NCBI GenBank assembly: GCA_951406725.2
Contig: OX597821.1
Span: 80,414,001-80,478,000, forward strand
From: Octopus vulgaris
Taxonomy: Eukaryota
DNA length: 64,000 bases
Direction of reading: 5' to 3'
Below the pieces are notes generated by a model. That model saw only the letters and a program-made list of their open reading frames with translations, was not told the origin of the DNA and made no database searches. This document shows, one piece after another, positions 1 through 13,733 of this stretch. The position numbers and the translations under genes are program-made. The number at the start of each line of letters is the position of its first letter. The first letter of the stretch is position 1.

Positions 1-419
1 ATATTATTTTAATTTGAATCTAATTTTTATCATTATTCATTGAGAAAATAATTACTTTGATAGAAATCAAAAATGAATTATGCAAGTATTTTTCTCATTT
101 TCTTTTATATAAATAAGAAAAAAATGTACCAGTCAAATATTAGAACCGTTCTCATCGCTTACAAAAACAGTTATATAATAGACGCTGTTAAAAGGTTAAA
201 AATGGTGGCGTTTCCTTTCTGGCGATCCCTTCAAATATCACTTGAAGTGGAGTGTAAGAGTAGAGACCACCACATTCGATGAAATATAGGCGACGAAATT
301 AGCATTAGAGGGCTGATAATCGCAATCTGTCTGTAGTTAGTAGTCAGGAGAGGACACGAGGCTCATAATTCGAAGGTGATCAAAAGCATGGGAGTCTCTG
401 TTCTTCCGTAGGGAGTAGT

Positions 420-900
420 TTCTCATTTTTTTCTTTGGCATTGGATGTGAACAGCTTATTTTGCTTGTAAAACTTGTTTCTCTTCTCAAATTTTCGTATT
501 CTTTGAGCTTTTGCTTGGACTTTTTGTTTCAGCGTTTCTTTTATTGATATCAGTTCTTCTTTTGGTGAGGATCCAAATTTTCTCTTCATCTTTCTTCCTG
601 TTCTGGATCTTACATCATTTCCACATATTAGTTCATTTAATATTGATATTTCCCCCCTCATAAATTCAATCTCTTTTTCAATTTTACTTCTCCAGGTTTG
701 ATTTCTTCCCAGGTTTGGTTTTCTTTGTTTTTTCGGGGGCATACAGCTGGTTTCAATTGCCCTAGCAGAAGCTTAGGTCTGCTCTCATCGCTCCCATGCG
801 CACACGGTGAACTAGTTCAGCTGCTCAATGGAATTATGAGAGACCCAAAGAAAACACCTGAATGGTTAGCAAGTGGTATTACTTACCTACTCCCAAAGGA
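420..900. mobile_element. R4/Dong-clade non-LTR retrotransposon ORF remnants in two opposite orientations
   Basis: Minus 380-742 gives ...LKQKVQAKAQRIRKFEKRNKFYKQNKLF (pre-RT region typical of R4/Dong ORFs). Plus ~790-900 gives HGELVQLLNGIMRDPKKTPEWLASGITYLLPK (RT N-terminal motif). Confidence 0.65.
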
Positions 901-1047
901 GTAGGCGAGGGGTGAAAGAGTGATTGTACCCATGTGGTCCAGCAAAGGAGCGGTCAGCAGAGGTCAAATATATGTTTATTACCGACTCACCTTGTGCGTT
1001 TTAATTACCGATAGAAAAACAGAAATAAAATACACACACTCACGTAT

Positions 1048-1830
1048 ATATAATTTCTATATATATAAATTGCTTAAATTAGTTATCCGGCGGCGTTTAA
1101 GAGTGTTCTTGTAGAAATTTCTGGTTTTTTTTTCATATTTGGCTATTCACAGTACAATGTATATATTAAAGATGATCCTTTGTGTGTTCAGCAATTTTAA
1201 ATTTTTTATCATTTGTGTGTTCGTCCAGAGAAAACTGAATATAATCAAGTTTTTAAGGCTGTAAATTGTTTAAGTAAAGATAGCCAGAGGCGTTTAAGAG
1301 TGTTCTTGCAGAGAAATTTTTTTTACATATTTGACTATTCACAGTACAGTGTAGATATTAAAGTTCTTAAAGATGATCGTTTGTGTGTTCATGGAGAGTT
1401 TTACTTTTCACATAATATTGTAGATATTAATGTTTTTAGAGATGATCGTTTGTGTGTCCGTCCAGAGAATACTGAAGATAGTCAAGTTTTTAAAGTTATT
1501 TAGAATGACTTTTTAAATACTCACAGAGGATTATAGATACTTCAGTTTTCAAAAAATGTTTTTGGTTGTAATAGAATGTCTGTGTATATATATATATATA
1601 ATTTCTATATATATAAATTGCTTAAGTTGGATAACCGGAGGCGTCTAAGAGTGTTCTTGCAGAGAAAAAAGGGATGTTTACATATTTGGCTAGTCAGAGA
1701 GAAAAGAAGAGTTTTGGGTATTCATAGGAAATTTTAGATATTAAAGTTTTAAAGATGATTGTTTGTGTGTTCGTCCAGTGAAAATTGTAGATAATCAAGT
1801 TTTTAAAGCTAATTAGAATGAGATTTTAGG
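1048..1830 (+). repeat. Local degenerate direct repeats (about three copies of shared blocks)
   Basis: GGCGT(T/C)TAAGAGTGTTCTTG occurs at ~1092, ~1289 and ~1640. GATGATCGTTTGTGTGTTC-like and TCAAGTTTTTAA blocks also recur. Confidence 0.7.
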
Positions 1831-1917
1831 TACTCACGGAAAATTCCTGTGTCTTCAGCTGCTGACTTATCAGAGCAGCAAAAGACACGTCCAGCTGCTA
1901 CCAGGGCAGGCTGGCTA

Positions 1918-1951
<34 letters not shown>

Positions 1952-3815
1952 GTAGTTTTATTTTTATAGCGTGCTTTCACTTCACTACCGAGCGCAGCTC
2001 TGTGTGCCTTGGGTATGTGCTGTGATTTGTTGTGATGCTCTGATGGTTATTGTATGGAAAGTGTTCTGCGTAGGATGTGTGCAGTGCCTAGTAGTGCAAT
2101 GTTCTGTATGTTATATGTGTTTGTAAGTCCTGGTGTTTTTGTTATGTATTTGTCTGAATATTTTTTTATCATGCCTAATGCTCCTACTATGATAGGAATT
2201 GTTTCTGTTTTCAGATTCCACATTCTAGCTACCTCTATTTCTAGGTCTTTGTATTTTGAAAGTTTCTCCATTTCTTTTAGAGACACGTTGTCATCTGCCG
2301 GTATTGATACATCAATTAGAAAGCATTTTTTTCTTCATGATCTCTGACAACTATATCTGGTCTGTTGGCCTTAATTTCTCTATCTGTGTGTATCGGCATA
2401 TCCCAGAGTATGGTTGCTTTCTCGTTTTCTGTGACCTTTTCTGGTGTGTGCCTATACCATCTTTTTTTTGTTGTTATACCATAATGTTGGCATAGCTTCC
2501 AATGTATGTAGGTTCCAACTCTGTCATGTCTGTGAATATATTCCTTCTTAGCCAGGACTGGGCAGCTAGAGATAATATGATTTATTGTTTCTTGTCCATC
2601 TCCACATATTCTGCAGTTACTTGTAATATTTCTTTTCATTACATGTTTTTGGTAATTTCTGGTGGGGAGGCTTTGGTCTTGTGCTGCAATTAAAAATCCC
2701 TCTGTTTCTGCTTTGAGTCCTGAGCTTCTCAACCATTGCTGGGATTTTTCTTTGTCTATTTCTTTTGCGTTTAGTTTAGTGCAGTATTTACCATGAAGGG
2801 GCTTTTCTTGCCATCGTTTGATCATGGCTCGTTGCTGTTCTATTTTTAGTTTGGATTTCATTTGTTTTATAGCTTTTGTTGTTTCTTCATCATCTTCTTC
2901 TTCTTCTTCGTGTTTATTAGGTGGTATGATTTCTTGTTTGTATTTGTCAGCTTCCTTAAATACTGAGAACAGTTTTTTGTTTTGCTGCTATCTGGATCAG
3001 TTTTCCTTCCTTCTGAAGTAGGTATTTTTGCAGTCCTATGGTGGTTATTTTATAGTAGTTTTCCAGCTGTATAAGGCCTCTACCACCTTCTATACGTTGT
3101 ATATATAGTCTTTCTATGTCAGATTTTGGGTGATGCATCCTAGATCCTGTCAGTATTTTTCTTGTTTTCCTATCTATTTTGGACAGTTCATTTCGTGTCC
3201 AGTTAAGGATATTGTAGCTGTAACTTATAACTGGGACAGCTAAAGTGTTGATACCTATTATCTTGTTTTTAGCATTGAGCTCTGTTTTTAGTATTGATCT
3301 AACTCGTCTATAATATTCTTTTTTTATTTTCTCTTTCATTTGTGTGTGTTGTGTCTTATCTAGTTCATGGATTCCTAAGTATTTGTAAGTTTGGCTTTGG
3401 TCTAATTCTTTTATTTCATTGGTTTTATCTAGTGTGATGTTGTTACTCTTAACTAGTTTTCCTCTTTTCATGGTTACTTTGGCGCATTTTTCTAATCCAA
3501 ATTTCATATCTATTTCTTTGGTAAATCCATGAACTGTCTTTAATAGTGTTTCCAGCTGTTTGTCATTTGCAGCGTATAGTTTTAGGTCATCCATATATAA
3601 AAGGTGGCTGATCGTTTTACCGTAACATTTATATCCGCATCCAGTTCTATTTAGCATATCAGATAGAGGTGACAGTGCCAAGCAGAAAAGGAGTGGAGAG
3701 AGCGTGTCTCCCTGGAATATTCCTCTTCTAATGGGGATGTCTTTGGTTTTCATGAGTCCCTCTTTTGTTTGGAGGTGTAGGACTGTTTGCCATTTATTCA
3801 TAGAGTGCTCTATGA
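1952..3815 (-). mobile_element. 5'-truncated R4/Dong-clade non-LTR retrotransposon (RT + CCHC + restriction-like endonuclease), frameshifted
   Basis: ORF 2956-3801 has RGIFQGDTLSPLLF and HLLYMDDLKLY. ORF 2316-2861 has CRICGDGQETINHIISSC, RHD and ANRPDIVV. ORF 2047-2286 has EKLSKYKDL...PIIVGALG. The element is flanked by (TAA)n on both sides. Confidence 0.92.
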
Positions 3816-3816
3816 A

Positions 3817-4056
<240 letters not shown>

Positions 4057-4608
4057 TATGCTTGACGTTTGCTTTACATTTGTACAAGTTGGCTCCAAGT
4101 CTCACCCAGAGACCTCAAGAGACAGCAGGCTGGAAGTTCATGTTGGTGTTATGCCTAGGGTACCATATATTGGTATTGTACATAATGTTATTCTAGTCAA
4201 TGTTTAAGAAACCATAAGAAAATTATGTTTGTTTTAAAACTTGAGATTACATAGAAAGTATTTTGCGCTGGATATGAGCAGTTCCCATGAGCACTATCTT
4301 TTGAATTTCTGCCATTTTGGGGTTTCTTGGTATCTGAGCTATGTAGCAATCAGCCCCTTTCTGAGCTATGTAGCAATCATTCCCAGTGCACCTATGACAA
4401 CAGGTATTGTTTTAGTTTTCAGGTTCCACATTTTGCTGATTTCAAGATCTTTATATTTGCTCAGTTTTTGGTAGGTCTTGACAGATACATTTATATCGAT
4501 TGGGACAGTCATATCAATGAGGAGGCATGATTTTTGTCTGAAGTCTTTCAATATGTCTGGCCTATTCGCATCTCTTTCTGTCAGTTTGAATGGTGAAGTT
4601 CCAAAGGA
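4057..4608 (-). mobile_element. Second, internally deleted R4/Dong-like 3' fragment
   Basis: ANRPDI...CLLIDMTVPIDINVSVKTYQKLSKYKDLEISKMWNLKTKTIPVVIGALG is homologous to the RLE C-terminus at 2047-2400. Flanked by (TAA)n at 3817-4056 and 4610-4668. Confidence 0.85.
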
Positions 4609-4618
4609 ATTATTATTA

Positions 4619-4669
<51 letters not shown>

Positions 4670-6882
4670 GCATTACCGAATAACCGAATACACTGGTGAT
4701 ATATTCCTGACAACAACATGCTTATCTTCTCGAAGTTCTACTTTAATTGCATTTACGCAATATGGCAATAAAAATTATCTTTGCAAGTAAGCGATGTAGA
4801 CTGTTTCAACCTATCTCGACCCAAAATTAGGTCTATTTGAAATGACAAACGGAAAAGATGTCTAATCGCGACACACGGGTGTATAAAATCGCTTTATATA
4901 CTATAACGTTTAACACCAAATTATCATGGATGTTATTTCAAAAATTCAAATATCCACCCCACTTCACTAGGTAAGAATTGTCCCCTTTGATATTTCGAAT
5001 AAAGAAGCTTTTTATAATGAAATGTCGAAGTAACTAGATCGAGCTTTTGCAGTGTTATCTTTGAGAAGCCAATTAAATTCTGTTACTATTACCGGAAGAA
5101 TTTAAACGTTCTGCTGTGTTGTAAAAGTTCTAGAAACTTTACTGTGACCTTAAGTAATTTTCTTTAAAATAAGACAGAGAGGCAGTTCAAGGTTTTGTTT
5201 TGAGCTAATTCAAAATATTTTTATTATTATTGTTTCTTCTTTCCTAGATAAATTCAAAATAGATTTAGCTTCATTTTTCCCTTATGGGATTCCTGTTTAA
5301 TACATCATAAGTTTAAAAATAAAATGTCTACATTTTTGTTGTTGTTGGTGCTGTTGATTATTTTTTTTCAACGGTGTAATTCTTCAGCTAAAAAAATGTT
5401 TCTCACGTGGTTCAGCACCATGATACTTTGTTCACATGAACTTTGAATGTTTCAACACCTGTTTTCTCACACTATCTGCATTCTTTACCTTCTGTGCTCT
5501 GTAAGAATGCATGCAATCCGGTGTTTCATAGATCTTATCTTCTGATAGTTTAAACTTGTCTGAGTTGTTAGTAAATACAAAGGAATGCTGTTTCAACGAA
5601 GCTCCAATCGTTTATTTATTTATTTGCTTATTTATTTATTTATTCATGGCGGGACAGATCCAAATTGACGTGTATCCCTGCAACCCAGTTTTTCGCTCGG
5701 CACAAATTAAGCCTAACTATCTTGTTGAGCCAATGAAAGAGTTCTATGTGGTCACACATTCTGCTAGAAATAGTGGTCATATCTTCCTACAATTACATTC
5801 TGCCATTTAAAAAAGTCACCTTTGATAATATCATCTGAGAATGTCTGATAGCAGAAAAGACGGAATACCAACACCATATTGTTCATTAGAGATTTATTGA
5901 TCTATGGTAAACCGGGGTTAAAAATAACTCCAGTTATCTCGTATCTACTAATGACAAAACTAAATATACGAAACATTTAAATCCCAAAATTATTTTATAT
6001 CCATCATGAGCTATACCGACTGACAAAATAATAGATAGGATTTAGTTGAAGAACAGCTTCATTGAGGATAAGCTGCCATCAATTAAAACGTGTTTTGTCA
6101 TCCGTTCACCACCGAACAGCAATATTAATTTGCTGCATGGCTGCAACACTGTCGTTGCACAAGGAAGCACTTCTTTTTATCTCTGGATAATAATAGTAGT
6201 CAAAGCTCGCTTAAACTAATCTTTATCACCAGGAAAAGAGGTTAATGGGGGAGAAATATGCTAAGTAAAACTATTTTTCGCGTGTTCAACTTCATATTTT
6301 GTCACTTAAGGTAGATTTTTGTTAAAAAAAAAAACATTCAGTTTTGCAAAACTTATATTTACTTACATTTTTATATATTCTGAGTTCGAAACCCTTCGGA
6401 TTTTTCGCTTTTCTTGAGGTCAGTCAAATAAAACGAAAACAGTTCTTTTACAGCAAGGCACCGATATCTGCGTTAGGTTTTTTGTTGTGTCTAACTATAA
6501 TTACATTTCCCTTAAGCTTTTAGTTGCTCGAGAATTTCTTAATGCGATAGTTGTACTATCAACATATATATTTTCTATTGTTTTGTACCATATAATTATG
6601 TAATATACTGCGCTGTAATGACTCCGTTTTGCAAAAACGCTGTCAGCGAGTGAGAAATTGGAGTATCTCTGCCCTCCATAACAATTATAGTCGTAAAAAA
6701 CCAGAAACATATCTGCATATAAATTTTTTTAAAGCCATTGATTTATCTGAAATTTGCCTAGTAGTTTTTAAGCTAGTGGTTTGCAGTTTATGGGGGAAAT
6801 TCTTTTGCTTTTGTTAAATATTATCGATGCTAGTTTATGACTTAGTGTAATAAAGCAAATTGTATATATTTTATGAGATTTT

Positions 6883-6980
6883 GGTATAGCTGAAGAGAAC
6901 TTCGCTCAAGTGATATACTTAATGTATAGTTTGGGGTACAATGCATATTATACTTATCGGTTTGACAGTGTTTCTATATT
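6883..6980 (+). ncRNA. Decayed type I hammerhead ribozyme-like motif
   Basis: Stem I GGTATAG/CTATATT, core CTGAAGA, stem II base GAAC/GTTT, then GACA (for GAAA)-GTGT-TT. Confidence 0.45.
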
Positions 6981-7511
6981 GTTCTGTAGACTATTGTTTT
7001 TATTGTTTTATAGCGTCTGCTACATTGTTCGTATATATGTTATGGACAGACGTTTCCTTTATGATAGTTCTCTTCTTTGTAATGCTAATTTTATAGAGGA
7101 TATTTTGGGCATGGATTTTTAAAATATCTGTCTGTCTGTCTGTCAGTTTGACTGTCTCTCTCTCTCTTTCTGGTATATATATATATATATGTTGTTATGT
7201 CCTGTTATTATTTTTATTGGATTTATGACACATTGTCCGTTTTTTTCCGTCCTTGTTGTTGTATACATTCGCTGCTTTCTTCCAAGGAATCTAAAAGCTT
7301 AGTTTTTCTTTGGGGCTGGCCAGATTGGGGCAATCTCGAGTATAATCAGCCGAAATTGCGAAGATAATCTGATACTCGACTGAGGAAAAAACTTCGAATG
7401 ACACGTCCTGTGTTTCTTTGTATCGTCTATCTGGATGTTTTTTTGCCTCATTCTTGTATCACCGTATCACCTAACTGTCCGGATGTTTTGCGTTCTTGTC
7501 CCATTTTGTAT

Positions 7512-7559
<48 letters not shown>

Positions 7560-7779
7560 CATACATATATGCATATATACATATTTATACATCTATATGT
7601 GTGTGTTTACGTATGTTAAATGTCATCAATTTGACACAAAGTTAAGTTTAAGGTGTAACGCTCGAACTAATGTTGTAACAAGTAGAATAGAATAGAAAGA
7701 TATTAGTACAGTAGCATCACCGAGGACTAGGAGTTAGTTTGGATTCGATTGAGCCGCATTCCCGGCAATAACATCTACC

Positions 7780-7870
<91 letters not shown>

Positions 7871-8989
7871 ATGTTTCTGTGTAATTCTAAGAAATAAAGA
7901 CAGAGAGATAGGTGTGTGAAATGTATAACGGTATGTGGTTATGTAAATGTTGGGGCTGTGTGATTTTGTGTGCGTGTATGTATAACTGTAAGAGAGAGAG
8001 AGAGGGGAATGATGTATGTGTATGTATGTATGTATGTATGTCTATGTGAGCATATATATATGTGTGTATGTGTATGTATGTGTGTGTGTGTCTATGTAAA
8101 GTGTGTGCACCTGTGAAGGAGAAACTGTAAAAGACAAGATGGGAGGAAGAGCGAATGATGACAATGGGGAAAGAAAAATGTACGTGTATGTGTTAGAGAG
8201 AGAGAGAGGAGAGAGAGGAGAGAGAGAGGGAGAGAGTGAAAGAGATATGGAGAGAAAGCTGGAGAGAAAAAGATAGAGCGATAGAGAGCAAAAGAACAAG
8301 GGTGAGAGAGAAGGAGAGAGAAGGAGAGAGAAGGTGTCTCTATGTATGTGTACATGTGTATCAAAGCATGTAGGTGAGAGAGAAAGGTTGAATGACAGCG
8401 AAAGAAAGAGAGAGAGAAAATGAAAGAGAGGGAAAAATAGAAAGAGAGAGAGAGAGAGAGAGAAAGTGAGAGAGCGAGAGAGCGAGAGAGTGAGAGAGAG
8501 AGCGAAGTAGTGTGGGATATGAATGAAATGATATGCAGGAATGTACAGGAAAAATATCATTTAATTTCATCAAATGCTTTTGATTTTCATGAAAAGTTTG
8601 ATATTCCCATCTTATACAAAATGTGTACGAGTACATATACACACGCATAATCATACAAATACTGGTATACATACCCATACCTACATATGTATTCACACAA
8701 ACAGCCATAGACATACACATACGCACACAGAAACGCGTTTCAGATATAGTCTCTCATCTGTCTTCATTTAGTCACATACGTAGACATTCCTTCATTTTCT
8801 GTCGTCGTTTTACCTATTACTGACTCATATAGAATCACAGAGTGAATCTCGGTGGTTGCATGACATGCTGAAATAGCAGCGAAATCTCCTTCCAATTCAC
8901 TCCCTACCGTCTTCAATAAAGAAGTATACATCGAACAATGTAGGCACTGATGACCATATTCATGGACACTTGCAATCACACTTGAAGTT

Positions 8990-10060
8990 ACACTTACAAC
9001 ACTTACAATAAAACAGTTTCTCGAAGTTGCGAGTTGATTAATAATCTTCATCTTCGCACCATGTATGTATGAGACCCTTATGAGACCCTTGAAAATGCAT
9101 TGTCCAGTTTTCGAAAACATTCTTTCAGTTATACACAAGATTTTGAGTGTCATGCGTGTTCCATGTCCAACTGAGAATCAATTCTACAACATGATCGCCG
9201 AGACGACAATCATTAGACAAATAGTGAAAAAGTCGCAGTCTCTTTCATTAGTACCATTGATGAGCAATCCATCAGGTCGCTCACGCAGTTGGTATTAGTA
9301 ATGAGGTCTACCAAGATATTCACTACAATATTCATAGCTGTTTTGACCATGAGTGAAGTCGCATGGCTCTGTGGTTTGAGCGTCAGGCTCACAATTAAGT
9401 GGTAGTGATTTCGATTCTCAGACCAAGCTGTGTGTTGTGTTCTTGAGCAAGACACTTTATTTCACGTTGCTTCAGTTCACCCAGCTGTTGAAGTGAGTTC
9501 CGACGTCCCTGGTGCCGAGTTGTATCAGCCTTTGTCTTTTCTATGGTTAACGTCGGTGGCGTGGAGAGGGGAGGCTGGTGTGCATGGGTGACTGCTAGTT
9601 TCCATAGACAACTTTGCTTAGACTTGTGCCTCGGAGGGGTACTTTCTAGGTGCAATCCCACGGCCTTTCATGACCGAAGAGAGTACATTTGATAATGAAC
9701 AAAAATGGCCGGCATTCCATGCTCTCCTGTTCGGAGGTTATTAAATAGACCCACCAATTTTTGCTCAATGTTAAAACACAAGACGTTAAGTCAAGCAGAT
9801 CTATCTTTTCCTTGTGGGGATAAGTCCAAATGGCTTATTGAAATTTAAAGAGACATCGCTTCGAGGCAGCAGATGAATTTCGTATGGAATCGCAGCAGGA
9901 AACGGATCTTCAGAACAAGGAATTCCGTGGTGCTTTTGAGGTGTGGGAAATGCATTCGATCAATCATTGTCTACGTCTTCAAGGAGACTATTTCGAAAGG
10001 AAATATAAACAACATATTAAATTCAATGCTTACTGAAGTACTGGTGTACAAATTGTAGGT
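8990..10060 (+). mobile_element. Highly decayed mariner transposase relic, interrupted by a SINE
   Basis: Fragments LSVMRVP..TENQ (WVPHxL-like) near 9145 and EFRGAFEVWE...CLRLQGDYFE near 9920-9997 (mariner C-terminus). Confidence 0.45.
9351..9685 (+). mobile_element. tRNA-derived SINE (family D here)
   Basis: A-box-like TGGCTCTGTGG, B-box-like TTCGATTCTC, and a CTTGAGCAAGACACTT core motif. Confidence 0.65.
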
Positions 10061-10608
10061 TTGATCAGGAAACCATTTCATACAACCTTGTGTATATTAT
10101 ATGTAGTAGAACAAGCTACGAACCGTTTTGTAACACTATCCGGAAGATAACATTTTCGTTCAACATTCAATCTTACATTGAAGGGAAAATATTGTTTATG
10201 ACTAATATTTGAAGGTAAGCAGGAAAGACTCCCATTTGAAATGAATATCTATTTTTCCACCTCGTTCCAGGTGGAAAATAAAATCCCCCCACCTCACCCT
10301 CCCTCTCTCTCTCTTTCTGTTGATGACTGTGGTTAGCACCTGATTCCACATTTTCAATCCACTGGATTGCTCCTCTTTTCCCTCCTCATTGGAACCAATT
10401 TGCTGAAGATAAATAAAATTCAGAAAAGCAGGGAAAATCTCAATAACGACTTTTAGGACTAAGGACACTCTGGTAGCTTCTCTCTGTGCATTCTCTCTGC
10501 TTAAACGATTCATTTCAAACGAGGTCATAAAACAGAATCACTAATAAAAGATGGAAAAAAATCTTAGAAACATTTTTAATAACATGGGAAAACTGAAATA
10601 AAGACAAA

Positions 10609-10674
<66 letters not shown>

Positions 10675-10803
10675 AAAAGAGAGAGAGAGGGGGGGGGGGA
10701 GAAAATAAGTTTACCCTCGTTAAAATGTATTTATAGGGGAAGGGTATCTGTTTTAACAGATTGTTCGAGTTAACTTGTGGTAGAGATTAAAATTATATGC
10801 ATA

Positions 10804-11182
10804 GGCGCAGGAGTGGCTGTGTGGTAAGTAGCTTGCTAACCAACCACATGGTTCCGGGTTCAGTCCCACTGCGTGGCATCTTGGGCAAGTGTCTTCTGCT
10901 ATAGCCCCGGGCCGACCAATGCCTTGTGAGTGGATATGTGTATATATATATATAAGTGTGTGTGTATATGTTTGTGTGTCTGTGTTTGTCCCCCTAGCAT
11001 TGCTTGACAACCGATGCTGGTGTGTTTACGTCCCCGTAACTTAGCGGTTCGGCAAAAGAGACCGATAGAATAAGTACTGGGCTTAGAATAAGTCCGGGGG
11101 TCGATTTGCTCGACTAAAGGCGGTGCTCCAGCATGGCCGCAGTCAAGTGACTGAAACAAGTAAAAGAGTAAAAGAGTAAGAG
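10804..11182 (+). mobile_element. tRNA-derived SINE, family A (octopus-type), near full length
   Basis: Head GGCGCAGGAGTGGCTGTGTGGTAAG...GGTTCAGTCCC, internal (TG/TA)n, 3' GGCGGTGCTCCAGCATGGCC...(GTAAAAGA)n tail. More than 10 related copies in the window. Confidence 0.9.
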
Positions 11183-12057
11183 TATACAATTTTAAAAGTA
11201 TAAACACTACATGAACTACGTAAAATATAGAAAACCTCATAAAATTATATAAAGAAATTATATTTTATTAAATTATTTAGCGTTGCAATTCTGCTATTCT
11301 TTTAGTTATTTGGCTGCCAGCAGGATAGCAGGATAGGGTTTAAGGAGGGGTTCTCGTCTAGAATCGTCGAAACAACTTATCTGTTAACCATTGTTTTTCC
11401 ATGCTGCAATTGATTTAGCGATATTCTTAAAACGTGATGTTAATTTATAATTAACATGTGTTTGTGTACATGCTTATATGTATGCTGTGGGGGGGATGAG
11501 ATTGAGAGAGAGAGAGAGAGAGAGAAAATAGTCTGTGTCTGTATTGTTGTTGTTGTTTTTAACACCGAGTCAGTAATGATTGAATATACGATCATAGGTC
11601 TTGCGTTATATCAGTGATATCGTTGTTAAATGTACGTTTCTTAATTGATGGCAGAAATTTGTGATTTGAGATAGATTTGGTTACTATTTCTAGTATGCTA
11701 GCGACTGCATTGCGATTCTCTCAATTGTCAATGTTTCTGTAGAAAGAAGGAAGGTGGAGATATGATTAAAAATTGAGAAAATGCCTATCTTATGACACTG
11801 TATCAACAAGTATGCTTGTTTACGTGAATATATGTATATTAGTTTGTTTGTGTGTGGGTTTGTCTGCGTGTATACACTGTTTGTGTGTATGTTTATGTGT
11901 CTGTGTTTAAATATGCATGCGAAATAGGAACAAGCAAGCAAAACTTTCATGAAAATCAAAAGGATTTATTGAAATCTCAAGATGTTCTTTTTTTTCCTGT
12001 ACATTCCTGCATATATTTATATGATTTCCTTCACATCCCACACAACTACCTTTCTAC

Positions 12058-12122
<65 letters not shown>

Positions 12123-13389
12123 GCACAAACACTCACGCATATACGCACATACACCCTATGTGTTATACATTCTGGGTCAAGGAGATGATATACCAGTCGA
12201 ACACTGGATTGATGAAATCGGTTGTATCTCAGACTCAGAAGAAGAATAGTATACATTGTGATTTTATTATTAGTGACAGAATAAGTTAGTGAGCTGACAG
12301 AATCGTTAGCCCACCAGACAACGCTTTGTCCACTCCCCTAAAATGTCAGGCCTTGTGCCTGGAAGTAGGAAGAATTATTAGTGATAGAACGAGACCATCC
12401 GGCAGAATCGTTGGCGCGTCGAGCAAAATGCTTAGCGACATCGGCCGATGTCAACTTTGTCTTTTATCCTTTCGGATTGAACAGAATTAATACCAGTTGA
12501 GCACTGAGATCAATCTAATCGATTTCTTTTTCCCTTCGAAATTGCTGACCTTTTGCCAAAAATTTGAAACGATGGCTCATGAAAGAATAAAAGCGATTGA
12601 ATTAATAGTAAATGCAGAGCAGCGTTTAAATATGAGTTTCTCTGTTCTTTGCTCAAATCCCATCAAGTTCTACTTTTAACTTTCATCCTTCTGGAATCGA
12701 TGAAATAACAACCAAGTTAACATTGGTGTCAAATGAAACCGACTTCAAACTTCTTAATATTCATGACCTTCGGTCTATACAAGGAATCATTATTATTAGC
12801 AGTATCGCGACACTGACAATTAGGTATTTGGATACACTGACACGAACTATCAAATATAATATAAACCAGGATATAATTGGTATAAAATACGTGAAACACA
12901 GATTGGGTGACCCACCCACTTACGGGTGGGTAATGCCTACCGGGATCAAATCAGAGATCCCCCACAACATTGAGCCCTGACATACATGGATATAGTTACA
13001 TTTCCTTCCTACATCCATACAAAAGCAATCGTCTCTTCTTCACAGACCATTTCCTACCTTTTAAGCTCATCGTTCTTCCTGCTCAGTCACGCTCAACCTT
13101 CAGTTCATTCTTACAGTGCACAGCCTCCAATCGCCGTGGATTAGCAGTATCTGTAGAGTGACGGAGAAAATGCCTTATGATATTTAGCTACACACCTTTA
13201 CGCTCCGAGTTCAGACACTTCCTAGGTCGATTATGTCGACACCTTTCTATGGTCGATAAAATAAATACCAGCGAAGTATCAAAGTCGATCTAATCGGTTA
13301 TACCGATCCACCAGATTTGAGGTTTTGTATATGTCAGAAATCTATATTGCACACAGAATACGCAACACTCAAGACATTTCCTTCGTTCT

Positions 13390-13704
13390 GTCCTCTGCCC
13401 ACTTTTACATCGTTGATAAAGCTGGAATGTCATCCCCTAACATAGCAACCAAGTCAGCATGAATATCCTTAGGGCTAAACCCTTTTTCTGCAAGAACTTG
13501 ATAACACTACAATGCCAAATTTTGTCGATTTTCAAGAGAAGTCACAACTAATTACCTTTGAAGACTTCTTTCAACAGTCAGATGTCAGTTTACCTGGAAA
13601 GAAACAATGCTATTATTAATAAGGAGGGTTTAATTTGATGCATTTCACAGCTCTAATATCGCTCCTTCATCGTCAGCCTATAAACTTTTCAGCTCACCCT
13701 CGTA
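13390..13704 (-). mobile_element. Mariner 5' end relic (TIR + N-terminal HTH)
   Basis: Minus strand begins TA-CGAGGGTGAGCTGAAAAGTT. Frameshifted translation KIWHCSVIKFLQKKG...DIHADLVAMLGDDIPALST. Confidence 0.7.
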
Positions 13705-13733
13705 CATGACACTTCTGTGCAGAGTGCTTTGGT

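Noticed and set aside
7376-7412. CTGAGGA...CTTCGAAT...GTC hammerhead-like string in a TA-flanked element
   Set aside because: GAAA is broken and I could find no stem I or convincing stem II. The surrounding element could still be a PLE-type end.
10804-10875. tRNA-like heads (also 9351, 17238, 23245-23315)
   Set aside because: They run directly into SINE bodies and I could not fold a complete cloverleaf, so they are not tRNA genes.
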